From Candidatus Latescibacterota bacterium (GTDB lineage: Bacteria; Krumholzibacteriota; Krumholzibacteriia; WVZY01): a stretch of DNA of 64,000 nt. This document shows positions 49,923 through 60,732 of the stretch, piece by piece. The stretch spans positions 1 through 64,000 of the forward strand of contig CAWBQK010000005.1 in NCBI GenBank assembly GCA_963791045.1, in the 5' to 3' direction. The notes beneath the pieces were generated by a model that was given only the letters and a program-made list of their open reading frames with translations, did no database searches and had not been told where the DNA came from. The number at the start of each line of letters is the position of its first letter. Position 1 is the first letter of the stretch. The position numbers and the translations under genes are program-made.

Positions 49923-50624
49923 CTATCTGACTAGATTGATAATTTGCTGGGCGTCGAGTTTGATCGACGGCCCCATCGTCGAAGCAACGGAGATGCTTTT
50001 CAGATAGCGTCCCTTTGCCGATGAGGGTTTTGCCCGAAGCAATTCGGTGACAATCACCTTGATATTTTCGAAAAGCTGCTGCTCTTCGAATGATTTCTTG
50101 CCGACGGGAACGTGTATATTCGAACCCTTATCGACGCGGTACTCGATTTTACCGGCCTTTACTTCTTTCACGGCCCTGCCGACATCGAACGTGACCGTAC
50201 CGCTCTTCGGGTTCGGCATGAGTCCCTTGGGACCAAGCACCCGCCCGAGCTTTCCAACCTCGCCCATGAGGTCGGGCGTAGCGATGATGACGTCGATATC
50301 CATCCAGCCTTCTTGCAGCTTTGGAAGATATTCATCGGCGCCGACATGATCGGCTCCCGCCTCGGTTGCTTCCTTTTCCTTTTCGCCGCGGGCGATCACC
50401 AGAACGCGGACCGTCTGGCCGGTTCCATGCGGAAGCACGACAGTGCCACGTACCTGCTGATCGGCGTGTCTCGGGTCGACACCGAGGTTCGCCGACAGTT
50501 CGATGGTCTCATCGAACTTGGCCTTTGCCGATTGCTTGACGAGCGGCACCGCTTCTTCAAGCGAGTACTGCTTGAGCCGGTCGACATTCTCGACCGACGC
50601 CTTGTAATTCTTGCCTCGTTTCAT
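49923..50624 (-). CDS. rplA: 50S ribosomal protein L1
   Basis: [38 protein letters not shown]. Confidence 0.98.
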   Translation of the reverse strand: MKRGKNYKASVENVDRLKQYSLEEAVPLVKQSAKAKFDETIELSANLGVDPRHADQQVRGTVVLPHGTGQTVRVLVIARGEKEKEATEAGADHVGADEYLPKLQEGWMDIDVIIATPDLMGEVGKLGRVLGPKGLMPNPKSGTVTFDVGRAVKEVKAGKIEYRVDKGSNIHVPVGKKSFEEQQLFENIKVIVTELLRAKPSSAKGRYLKSISVASTMGPSIKLDAQQIINLVR

Positions 50625-51130
50625 CCTTCGCTCCTTGAATCACTTTCGTCCGCCTGTGCATCCGTCAATTTCACGTCACTCGCACCGCTTTGGGATTCGT
50701 CTTCCACTATGATTCCCATGCTCCGAGCCGTTCCCTTGATCATCAAAACGGCCGTCTCGAGCGACGAAGCATTCAGGTCGGTCATCTTCGTCTTTGCAAT
50801 CTCTTCGACCTGGGCCAGGGTGACGTTGCCCACCTTGTTTTTGTTGGGCTCACCCGAGGCTTTTGCAAGTCCGGCGGCCTGCTTGAGAAGAATGGCGGCC
50901 GGCGGGGTCTTGGTGATGAAAGTGAACGAACGGTCCGCATAAACGGTGAGCACGACCGGAATGATCACACCCGCCTGCTTTTGCGTCTTGGAGTTGAATG
51001 CTTTGCAGAACTCCATAATGTTGACACCGTGCTGACCGAGCGCGGGTCCAACAGGCGGCGCTGGTGTCGCGTTACCGCCGGGGATCTGCAGCTTGATGTT
51101 CGTCATCACTTTCTTTTTGGGTCTTGCCAT
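50621..51130 (-). CDS. rplK: 50S ribosomal protein L11
   Basis: [25 protein letters not shown]. Has an acidic C-terminal extension. Confidence 0.98.
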   Translation of the reverse strand: MARPKKKVMTNIKLQIPGGNATPAPPVGPALGQHGVNIMEFCKAFNSKTQKQAGVIIPVVLTVYADRSFTFITKTPPAAILLKQAAGLAKASGEPNKNKVGNVTLAQVEEIAKTKMTDLNASSLETAVLMIKGTARSMGIIVEDESQSGASDVKLTDAQADESDSRSEG

Positions 51131-51218
51131 CGTTGTCTCCTGTTCCCTCGTACCATCAATAAATAAATACTGCCGTCGCGCCCATTCACACGGCGACCGA
51201 ACATATCAGTCTTATTGC

Positions 51219-52064
51219 TTAGACGGGTTCGACCTGCAGAAAGTCGAGCTCAACCGGGGTTTCCCTGCCAAAAATACTCACGAGGACACGAAGCTTTCCC
51301 TTCTCCGAATTGATCTCGTCGATTACACCGGTGAAATCACTAAACGGACCGTCCTTGATCCGAATGTGTTCGCCGAGAGTGAAGGGAATCTCGGGAATGA
51401 TCGTTTCTCTTTCCTTGTCCATCCGGCCGAGAATACGTTCGACTTCAGGCCCTGACAGCGGCTGCGGCTTTGCGCCCGTGCCGACGAAACTCGTCACGCC
51501 GGGAATGGCATTGACGAGATGCCAGGACTCATCGCTCATGAACATCTCGATAAGGATGTAACTCGGAAAAAATTTCCTGGTCGTAACGGTCTTCTTACCC
51601 TTCTTCATCTCCGCCACCTCTTCGGTGGGGACGATCAACCGGCCGAATTCGGGGCCGATGTTCGAGGTGTTGACCATTTTCAGAATATTCTCTTTAACTT
51701 TGTTTTCGTGCCCCGAGTACGTGTGGATGACGTACCACTTCATCGGGAGTTTGTTTTCTTCTTCCACGGCTTCCGTGTCCGGCGTGTCGGCGCCCGCTTT
51801 TTCCTTTTTACCCTTTTTGGCTTTTTTATCGGTGGGCTCCGGCGCGTCTTCGGCAGCTTCAACCTCGACAGGAGCTTCGGCGGCGCTTTCGGCTTCCTCT
51901 GTCGCTTCTGTTTCCTGGACGTCGGAACTCTCGCCAGCTTCAGCCTCAACCGGAACGTCGACGGATTCCTCGGCAACTTCGGCCGTTTCGGCCGTTTCGA
52001 CGTCGGGGGTTTCTACTTCTTCGGGCTCGGTGGCCGCGGTATTCTTCTTTTCTTCGGTAGCCAT
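51219..52064 (-). CDS. nusG: Transcription termination/antitermination factor NusG with long acidic N-terminal extension
   Basis: KWYVIHTYSGHENKV, FPSYIL, GPFSDFTG, IFGRETPVEL. Confidence 0.96.
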   Translation of the reverse strand: MATEEKKNTAATEPEEVETPDVETAETAEVAEESVDVPVEAEAGESSDVQETEATEEAESAAEAPVEVEAAEDAPEPTDKKAKKGKKEKAGADTPDTEAVEEENKLPMKWYVIHTYSGHENKVKENILKMVNTSNIGPEFGRLIVPTEEVAEMKKGKKTVTTRKFFPSYILIEMFMSDESWHLVNAIPGVTSFVGTGAKPQPLSGPEVERILGRMDKERETIIPEIPFTLGEHIRIKDGPFSDFTGVIDEINSEKGKLRVLVSIFGRETPVELDFLQVEPV

Positions 52065-52121
52065 GTCTTTTCAGTTCCTCAAGGGACGTATGAATGTCGG
52101 ATTATTTGTATATGTTTCGGC

Positions 52122-52307
52122 TTATCTAAATACAAACTTGATGATTGTGCTCAGAACCTGATCGACCAGCCCGATAAAAATCGTCAGCAGAATCGACGCA
52201 ACAACGACGACGCGTGTCGCTTCTTTGAGCTCTTCTTTGTTCGGCCACGTAACCTTCTTGAGTTCAATCCGAGTTTCCGCCAGGTAATTTTTTAGTCTCT
52301 CCCACAT
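52122..52307 (-). CDS. secE: Preprotein translocase subunit SecE
   Basis: ELKKVTWP plus a single TM segment. Confidence 0.95.
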   Translation of the reverse strand: MWERLKNYLAETRIELKKVTWPNKEELKEATRVVVVASILLTIFIGLVDQVLSTIIKFVFR

Positions 52308-52429
52308 CGACGTGCCTTACCGTTTCGTTTTATGTGTTGGTTCGCGGGACTCCGGTTGAAGAGATCTCTCTCGAGCAAAACGTCGATAACTCCGTCGTTG
52401 GCTCCGAAGACCGCTTTTTCAAAAAGGGA

Positions 52430-52506
52430 TGGCAGGCCCGGCAGGAATCGAACCTGCAACCCCCGGTTTTGGAGACCGGTGCTCTGCCTAATTGAGCTAC
52501 GGACCT
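52430..52506 (-). tRNA. tRNA-Trp (CCA)
   Basis: AGGTCCG...CCGGT-CTCCAAA-ACCGG...TTCGATT...CGGGCCT-G-CCA. Confidence 0.96.
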
Positions 52507-52625
52507 GCGGATGCTGCCTAACGAGAGCCGATCGTCCCAGCTCCGCAAAAAATGTGTCCACCGTTGTCGGCCTTGCCCTCATCCCGCGAGGCGAAGAGTC
52601 GAGCTCAGCCAACTTTTTCTTCTAC

Positions 52626-53820
<1,195 letters not shown>

Positions 53821-53844
53821 GTGCCTCCCTCCGGAGATTGACGC

Positions 53845-53920
53845 TGGAGCCCTCGACCGGAATCGAACCGGTGACCTTTTGCTTACCATGCAAATGCTCT
53901 ACCGACTGAGCTACGAGGGC
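53845..53920 (-). tRNA. tRNA-Thr (GGT)
   Basis: GCCCTCG...TTTGC-ATGGTAA-GCAAA...CGAGGGC-T-CCA. Confidence 0.96.
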
Positions 53921-53975
53921 GAAACACAGTATTTCGAATGAGTAACACTTACAACAAACCAACTAACAAAAAAAA

Positions 53976-54052
53976 TGGAGCGGGAAACGGGATTCGAACC
54001 CGCGACTCTCAGCTTGGAAGGCTGATGCTCTAGCCAGCTGAGCTATTCCCGC
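53976..54052 (-). tRNA. tRNA-Gly (TCC)
   Basis: GCGGGAA...TCAGC-CTTCCAA-GCTGA...TTCCCGC-T-CCA. Confidence 0.96.
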
Positions 54053-54072
54053 CCACCGTAATTGCAAAAAAG

Positions 54073-54157
54073 TGGTGGGGAGGGGAGGATTTGAACCTCC
54101 GAAGGCTTCGCCGACAGATTTACAGTCTGTTCCCTTTGACCACTCGGGAACCTCCCC
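54073..54157 (-). tRNA. tRNA-Tyr (GTA)
   Basis: GGGGAGG...ACAGA-CTGTAAA-TCTGT, long variable arm, CCTCCCC-A-CCA. Confidence 0.96.
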
Positions 54158-54330
54158 GGCACTTGTCTACCGCAATCCAATCAAACGGAAAGAGACACAA
54201 AAACCCAGCGACTTTAAAGCCGTGGGGTATCGTATCCCTCCACTTACAATTTGGTGCTTTTAAACTAATTGAAGAGAGATTATAAAAACAGCCCGCTCGG
54301 TTTTTATATCAGGCTCTATCGCTCAAATTT

Positions 54331-54405
54331 TGGAGCTGGCGAAGGGACTTGAACCCCCAACATCCTCATTACAAATGAGGTGCTCTACCATTGAGCTACG
54401 CCAGC
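54331..54405 (-). tRNA. tRNA-Thr (TGT)
   Basis: GCTGGCG...CCTCA-TTTGTAA-TGAGG...CGCCAGC-T-CCA. Confidence 0.96.
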
Positions 54406-54446
54406 CTACACTGCGCCCACCCGAAAATTCGGGACGCAGAAGCGTA

Positions 54447-54475
54447 AATATAGACGGGCGAGGGATATCTGTCAA
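54447..54475 (-). promoter_or_regulatory. Sigma70-type promoter of the tRNA-tuf operon
   Basis: TTGACA-17bp-TATATT on the minus strand. Confidence 0.7.
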
Positions 54476-54577
54476 GTGCAAAAATAACAGAATCAGGGAG
54501 ATAAAGTCAACGGGCAATTTATAAACAGTCACCAAGAATTATGTGGATAACTTTATTTTTTTTATTTTATGAAATCA

Positions 54578-54599
54578 GGGGGCGCCGCCGGGCGCCCCC
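54578..54599 (-). terminator. GC hairpin after the SPFH gene
   Basis: GGGGGCGCC-GCCG-GGCGCCCCC, with only a weak U-tract. Confidence 0.5.
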
Positions 54600-54628
54600 A
54601 ATTTCCGGTTCGAAAAATCGCTTTTTGG

Positions 54629-55636
54629 TTACTCCGCCGTCTCCGGTGGAGCCGATTTTTTCTTGGTCTCACACGAAGTCGCCACTCCGGACGCCGCCAT
54701 TCCCGCGCCCGGCGCGCCGGGCGCGCCGATCTTCTCCTTCAGGAGCTCACCGATACCGGCAATACTCCCCAGAACACCACTCGTTTCGAGCGGAAGGAAG
54801 ACCTTGGTCGCCTTGCCATCGGCAATCTGTTGCAGGGCCTCAAGATACTTGATCGCGATAAGATCGTTGGTTGGATTGCCGCGGTGAATCGCCCCGTACA
54901 CATTCTCAATCGCCTCGGCCTCGCCCGCCGCCACCGTAAGCTTCTCAAACTTAGTGGCTTCCGCAACTTTTTGAATGGCCTGAGCCCTGCCCTCCGCTTC
55001 GAGGATCGCGGCCTGCCGGACACCCTCGGCCTCGAGGATCGCCGATCTTTTCGCGCCCTCGGCCTCAAGAATCATCGCACGCCGTTCACGCTCGGCCTTC
55101 ATCTGGCGATGCATGGCGTTGGTGACGTCCTGCGGGGGCTCGATTTTCTGAAGTTCGACACGGGTGACCTTGGTCCCCCACTTATCGGTGGCGTCATCGA
55201 GAATCTCGCGAAGACGGGTGTTGATGAGTTCTCGCGACGTGAGAGATTCATCCAACGCCAAGTCACCAATCAGGTTACGGAGGTTGGTCTGGGCGAGCTT
55301 GGTCGCCGCGATGTAGAAGTTCTCCACATTATATGTGTTTTTTATGGGGTCGGTGACCTCGTAGTAGACGACAGCGTCGACCTCAACCGCAACGTTATCT
55401 TTTGTAATAACTTGCTGGGGAGGAACGTCAACGACCTGTTCGCGCATATCGACTTTCATGATTCGCTCGATGAACGGGATGATGATCGTGAGCCCGCTGT
55501 CCGCCGTCCGCTGGTACTTTCCCAGGCGCTCGATCAGACCCTTCTCCCACGGGCGGACGATCTTTAACCCGGTCGCCGCCATAATAAATACGACAAAAGC
55601 TATTGCAAACAATACAACTATAAAACCTGCATCCAT
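54629..55636 (-). CDS. SPFH/band 7 (paraslipin/QmcA-like) membrane protein
   Basis: N-terminal TM, ERLGKY, QQVITKDNV, LAQTNLR, QMKAERERRA.ILEAEG. Confidence 0.93.
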   Translation of the reverse strand: MDAGFIVVLFAIAFVVFIMAATGLKIVRPWEKGLIERLGKYQRTADSGLTIIIPFIERIMKVDMREQVVDVPPQQVITKDNVAVEVDAVVYYEVTDPIKNTYNVENFYIAATKLAQTNLRNLIGDLALDESLTSRELINTRLREILDDATDKWGTKVTRVELQKIEPPQDVTNAMHRQMKAERERRAMILEAEGAKRSAILEAEGVRQAAILEAEGRAQAIQKVAEATKFEKLTVAAGEAEAIENVYGAIHRGNPTNDLIAIKYLEALQQIADGKATKVFLPLETSGVLGSIAGIGELLKEKIGAPGAPGAGMAASGVATSCETKKKSAPPETAE

Positions 55637-55638
55637 CG

Positions 55639-56103
55639 CTATGCTCCTTCCTCAGACGAGCTGGCTTGCCCGGCGTCGGCGACGACGAGATGCGTACCGC
55701 TAATCCGGGTGACAACGACCCTGGTCCCCACAGTGATAACCTTTCCGGATTCGCTTTCGGCCCGCCATTCCTCGCGGTCCATCCGAACACGGCCGGTGTT
55801 CTTGTCGTTGTCGATTTCTTCCAATACTATGCACGGCTCACCGATAAACCGGTCGGCCCCGATTCCCGGGGGCTGCTGCTTCGTAAAGCGATCGGCGAAC
55901 TTCCTCGATACGGCGAAGAGCGTGAATGAAACCACGATAAAGGCCCCGAGCTGAGAGGCCATACTCGCGCCGAGAAGCGCGAGGACGCCCGCCACGGCGG
56001 CCCCAACTCCAAACCAGAGAAGGAAAAACGCCGCGGTGAAGATCTCGCCGACGACGAAGACCGCCGCAAGAATGATCCAAATCCACCAGATATTTGTCGA
56101 CAT
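55639..56103 (-). CDS. NfeD family protein (short form)
   Basis: WWIWIILA...GEIFT..FFLLWFG; GRVRMDREEWRAES; paired with the SPFH gene. Confidence 0.92.
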   Translation of the reverse strand: MSTNIWWIWIILAAVFVVGEIFTAAFFLLWFGVGAAVAGVLALLGASMASQLGAFIVVSFTLFAVSRKFADRFTKQQPPGIGADRFIGEPCIVLEEIDNDKNTGRVRMDREEWRAESESGKVITVGTRVVVTRISGTHLVVADAGQASSSEEGA

Positions 56104-56214
56104 TTTGGCTGCCTCCCGTCTGTAACTCAGTGATTCGTTACTAGAACTACCTCGCGCCACCCGATTTATTCAAGACGGGAGAGGCTTATCATGACGAAAT
56201 CGACCGTAGCCACG

Positions 56215-56259
56215 AAAAAACGGCCGGGACGCCCCGCGCATGCGGGATGTTCCGGCCGT
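56215..56259 (-). terminator. Intrinsic terminator after cysS
   Basis: Minus strand ACGGCCGG...CCGGCCG followed by TTTTTT. Confidence 0.7.
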
Positions 56260-56289
56260 CAAATTAAACGATCGGAGGACTCTCCTGGG

Positions 56290-57724
56290 TTACTTCTTTC
56301 TAACCCTCGACCCCTCCGCTGAATCCTCGATGATATAGCCCTTTGCGTCGAGCTCATCTCGTATCTCGTCTGCCCTCTGAAAGTTACGGTCCTTCCTCGC
56401 CTGCTGACGCTCCTCGGCCAGCGCGAGGATTTCGGGGGGCGCCTCATCGACCCCGGACGGGAATCCATCGGGGAAGATCCCGAGAACCTCGTCAAAGACG
56501 ATGATCGCATCCTTCAATGCCTGGAGGGCCTCACGATCCTCGGTCACCGTCGCGCCCTTCTTGTCGACGAGTTTGTAATACGTTTTTACCAGGTCGAACA
56601 CCGCGCCGAGCGCGCCGGCGCTATTGAAATCATCATCCATCGCTTCGAAGAAACTCGTCCTGGTCTCCTCGATGGCTTCTTTGAGGCTGGTTCCCGCCGG
56701 GCTCGAAATCCCGTCCGAGTCACCAAGTTTCTTGAGATTGTCTTCGATCGAAATACAGGCGAGCTGCATCCGCTCGAACCCGCGCTTGGCCTCTTCGAGC
56801 CGCTCGCGCGAGTACTCTGTTTGTTTGCGGAAGTGCGACGAGAGAAAGTAGAAACGGACGACATCGCCGGAGAATTCGGCGAGCACATCCTCCATCGCGA
56901 AGAAGTGCCCGGTAGATTTCGACATCTTCTCGCCCTTGAGATTCAGCAGGCCGTTGTGGAGCCAAAAGTGAACGAATGGCTTCTCGGTCGCCGCCTCCGA
57001 CTGTGCGAGTTCGTTTTCGTGATGCGGGAAGATGAGATCTTCGCCGCCGCCGTGAAAGTCGAGCGTCTCGCCGAGGTATTTCATCGACATCGCCGAGCAC
57101 TCGATATGCCATCCGGGACGGCCTCGGCCCCACGGACTGTCCCAGCCGGGCTCGCCCGGCTTCGCACCCTTCCAAAGCGCAAAGTCGAGCGGATCTTCCT
57201 TATGCTCGCCGACGGCAATCCGCGCACCCGACATCAGATCGTCCACGCGGCGCTTCGAGAGCTTGCCGTACTCCTCGAATGTCCGCACACGAAAGTACAC
57301 ATCGCCGCCCGCCGGCATACGCGTGGTCCTTGTCGACAAGCTGTTGAATCAGATCGAGGATCTCTTTTATATGCTCGGTCGCCTTCGGATATTCCGTCGC
57401 CTTGCGGATGTGAAGCTTGTTGGCCGCGTCGAAGTACGCGTCGATATTTCGCTGGGCGACTTCTTTGAAGTCGAGCCCCTCGTCGTTCGCCTTGTCGATG
57501 ATCTTATCGTCGACATCGGTGAAGTTCTGGACGTACGAGACCTCATACCCTTTGAACTCGAGGTAGCGGCGGATCATGTCACCCGCGACGAAGGCCAGCA
57601 TGTGACCCATGTGCGGCTTGTCCTGAACGGTCATTCCGCAGAAATACATCCCGACCTTGCCGTCTGTGACCGGCTGGAATTCGATTTTCTTTGCGCGTTG
57701 TGTGTCGTAAACCTTGAGTGACAT
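56290..57724 (-). CDS. cysS: Cysteine--tRNA ligase (apparent frameshift near 57315)
   Basis: CGMTVQDKPHMGH, NFTDVDDKII; DFALWK, GRPGWHIECS, FPHHENE, KMSKS. Confidence 0.96.
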
Positions 57725-57807
57725 CTCGTCCCTCCGCTGGGTTCCTTGTTGTCTGTTGTAATTATCGTGCTTCGTCGCGTGTGTTGATTTCTATCCATGC
57801 TCTGAAT

Positions 57808-58860
57808 TTATAACGTGTTGTCCGGCATCGCCAACTGCAAAATCCTGGAGATCAGATCCGGAAACTCGACCCCCACCGCTTTGGCCGCTTTTGGAACGAG
57901 ACTGTTCGACGTCATCCCGGGAAGCGTGTTGACTTCGAGAAAGCAGTGGTCGCCCTCGGGGGTCAGCCTGAAGTCGACGCGCGAGTACCCTTTGCATCCG
58001 AGTGCGTGGTAGGCGGCCCTGGCCGAGCGCGCGATTGCGTCGGCCACATGCTCGTCGAGCGGAGCCGGCACCAGGTATTCGCAGGCGCCCGATGTGTACT
58101 TGTTCGCGTAGTCGTAGAACCCGTCTTTCGGGCGGATTTCGAGGAGCGGAAGCTCCGCCCCATCGAGCATTGCCGCCGTGACTTCGGTTCCCTCGATAAA
58201 TTCCTCGATAAGATAGCCGCCGCCGTACGACTTCGCCGCTTCAATCGCTTCGGCGAGCTGCTCCCTCGTGTGGACTATCGATATTCCCACGCTGGAGCCT
58301 TCCTGGTTTGGCTTGACGACCGCGGGGAGCGAGGGCATCTCCATGACACGGCTCTCGATGTCATTGTGGTTGTCGTACGGAGGCTCGACAAAAAGCTGTT
58401 TCGCGATCGGCACGCCATCCCGCGCGACGATCCTCTTCGAGAGATCCTTGTTCATCGCGATCGCTGACGCGAGGGCGCCGCTTCCCGTGTACGGAATCCC
58501 CAGATAATCGAGCACCGCCTGGAACGTCCCGTCCTCACCGGCACCGCCGTGGAGACAGTTGAACACCAGGTCACACCCGAGAAGCTCGTACTCTTTGAGG
58601 TAGGTCAAAAAGTTCTGGCGGGCCTTGTACTTCTCCGCGCCGTGGCGCGGCGGGGCGTTTGTGATCTGCGCGTTTTCGAAAAAAGCCGCCGGGTCTTCCG
58701 TCGGCGGAACATCCGGATGGAGCGGGTCGGCAACAACCACCCGATGGCCGAGGCCTTTTATCGCCTCGAAGACACTCTTCCCGCTCTCGAGCGACACGTC
58801 CCTCTCGGCCGAGTCTCCGCCGACAATCAGCATCACGTTCAGTTTTTTTAGAATCTCCAT
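57808..58860 (-). CDS. ddl: D-alanine--D-alanine ligase
   Basis: GGDSAERDVSL, LHGGAGEDG, GSSVG, FYDYANKY, RVDF, EVNTLPGMT. Confidence 0.95.
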   Translation of the reverse strand: MEILKKLNVMLIVGGDSAERDVSLESGKSVFEAIKGLGHRVVVADPLHPDVPPTEDPAAFFENAQITNAPPRHGAEKYKARQNFLTYLKEYELLGCDLVFNCLHGGAGEDGTFQAVLDYLGIPYTGSGALASAIAMNKDLSKRIVARDGVPIAKQLFVEPPYDNHNDIESRVMEMPSLPAVVKPNQEGSSVGISIVHTREQLAEAIEAAKSYGGGYLIEEFIEGTEVTAAMLDGAELPLLEIRPKDGFYDYANKYTSGACEYLVPAPLDEHVADAIARSARAAYHALGCKGYSRVDFRLTPEGDHCFLEVNTLPGMTSNSLVPKAAKAVGVEFPDLISRILQLAMPDNTL

Positions 58861-58936
58861 CCTCGGGTGCTCCTCTTCGATCGTCTATCGTCCATGCTGT
58901 ATAATGTATTAGGAGAATTAACTGCCGCCGTACGGA

Positions 58937-59491
58937 TCATTCTCGACTGATGCTCTGTCTCCATGTGCGTTTCTCTATTTGTCGTACGTCCGATGCTTCC
59001 GCAAGTGACGGGAGATACTTTGACAACGCTTCGAGTTCGATGTCATCCAGGCCGCCCGAATACGGGGCGATCCTTATCAGGTTACCATAATTGCGCCTCA
59101 GAGCGCCCGCGTCATCATCAATCATCAGCACCCGGCCCAGATCGTATCCCTGGCGGGCGACCTTCCGTAAATCTTTAATATATTCCAGTTCACGCGTCTC
59201 ATGGTTATTGTGGGCCGTGCAGCGCTCGCGCGACCACACGAATTCGAGCGGATAATCCGCGCCGAAGATCTTCTCGACGATGCACGCGACATAATCCGCG
59301 GTCGCCGAACTCCACACGGCGACGTCGAACAATTCTTGGATAACCTTGACGAAATCATAAACGCCCGGCCGGGTGTAAATCGAGTACGGCCCGCAGGTGA
59401 AGTCCGCGGTTCGCTCGAGCCCTTCTTCCGTGCCATAAATCAACGTCTCGTCGAGGTCGAGTATAAGAAGGATTCGCGGTATCGATTCCGT
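58937..59491 (-). CDS. HAD-superfamily NIF/FCP1-like phosphatase
   Basis: Extending the ORF upstream in frame gives RILLILDLDETLIY. Also RPG, AVWSSA, KDL, MIDD, NYGNLI. Start probably at ACG 59491. Confidence 0.85.
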   Translation of the reverse strand, partial: TESIPRILLILDLDETLIYGTEEGLERTADFTCGPYSIYTRPGVYDFVKVIQELFDVAVWSSATADYVACIVEKIFGADYPLEFVWSRERCTAHNNHETRELEYIKDLRKVARQGYDLGRVLMIDDDAGALRRNYGNLIRIAPYSGGLDDIELEALSKYLPSLAEASDVRQIEKRTWRQSISRE

Positions 59492-59942
59492 TACGAGTTC
59501 TCCAGGTCCGGGTTGCCGTCGATGAATTTTAGATTGAACTTAACGTGTCGATCTTCCACCGGCCACGCTCATACATAAAGCCGAAGTTGTAACTTCCAAC
59601 AAATGTTCGAACGTTGCGACCCGTCTCATTCGGAAGATAGTGCGAAGCCCGCCCGTAACAGAACACCTTCGCTTTGGGGCTCTCGACGTCGATCAGAAAA
59701 TTCCCCGACTGATGGTGCACAGCCTCGAGATGTTTGAGTCCTTCCTCCCACCCCGCGACGATTTCCTTTGCCGGAATTACTTTTGGTTCGTCGCCCGTCA
59801 TCGACGACACATCAAAATGAACATTCTCCGCGAAGCATTCGAGAACCGTCGGCCAGTCACCCTTGTCGGTCCCGACAAACAGACGGTTCACGACATCCTT
59901 GATGTCCGACTTCTTGATCAGTTCGGTGGTAATTGAATCCAT
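59491..59942 (-). CDS. SnoaL-like / NTF2 family protein (apparent frameshift near 59540)
   Basis: DKGDW...F...V.FD.SS, HHQSGN, GSY, WKID. Ends FNLKFIDGNPDLENS* in the shifted frame. Confidence 0.85.
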
Positions 59943-60026
59943 TCAGATTCTCTCCTTTTTGCGATTATTCGTCCGGCAACCGTTCCGCGCGTCTGTGTTG
60001 GGTGGTCTGGTTATCAAATCGCGAGA

Positions 60027-60464
60027 CTAACAGAAAGCGTCTTTTTTCTTGTCGTCGGATGCGTTCTGGTTGGCGCCCGACAGCTCTTCGAGTTCTCTTA
60101 TTGTAGTGTCGAGTTTGGACAGGTCATGTTCAAGAAGGATCGGCATCATCTTCTGATAGATAGCCCAGTGCGGGCCCCGGGTCTTTGGGCTGAGAGCGAT
60201 ACAATCCCTGTACTTGTCCATATCGCCGCCCAGATGCCAGATTTCTTTGTCCCGCTGGCTGGTGTCACCTCGCGTGTCGGCGTTTTTTATTTTGAGGAGG
60301 CGATCAAGACAAACGAAACCCTTCGCCTTCAGATCGCAATAAGCTTTTCGTCGGCCGCTTAGAACGTTGGTCGTCTGGCCGAGCCCCCACGCGATCACGC
60401 CACCCGCTATCGTGCCGATTACTCCGATCCATGCTTCCACGTGTTGAGCGCTCCTTTTGTCCAT
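60027..60464 (-). CDS. Hypothetical protein with N-terminal TM segment
   Basis: 145-aa ORF; WIGVIGTIAGGVIAWGLG. Confidence 0.6.
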   Translation of the reverse strand: MDKRSAQHVEAWIGVIGTIAGGVIAWGLGQTTNVLSGRRKAYCDLKAKGFVCLDRLLKIKNADTRGDTSQRDKEIWHLGGDMDKYRDCIALSPKTRGPHWAIYQKMMPILLEHDLSKLDTTIRELEELSGANQNASDDKKKDAFC

Positions 60465-60507
60465 TGCGATTCTGCCGTGCCAAAGGGAATCGTCGCGTGG
60501 TTCAAAC

Positions 60508-60708
60508 TCATTCGTGCGGACCGGGCATCATGAACCAAAGAACCAGGTATACCAGGATCCCGGGAAACGCCGCGCTGAAGATTGAAAGGATCACGTATCC
60601 GATTCTCACTCGGGTTGGTTTCCATCCAAGGCGCTCCGCGATTCCCGCGCAGACACCCGCGATCATCTGATCTCTTGATCTCCGCCACTTTCCGTCGTCT
60701 GTTGTCAT
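60508..60708 (-). CDS. PspC domain-containing protein
   Basis: RSRDQMIAGVCAGIAERLGW...R...ILVYLVLWFMMP. Confidence 0.9.
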   Translation of the reverse strand: MTTDDGKWRRSRDQMIAGVCAGIAERLGWKPTRVRIGYVILSIFSAAFPGILVYLVLWFMMPGPHE

Positions 60709-60732
60709 GTCGTTACCTTTGTCGTCGATCGG

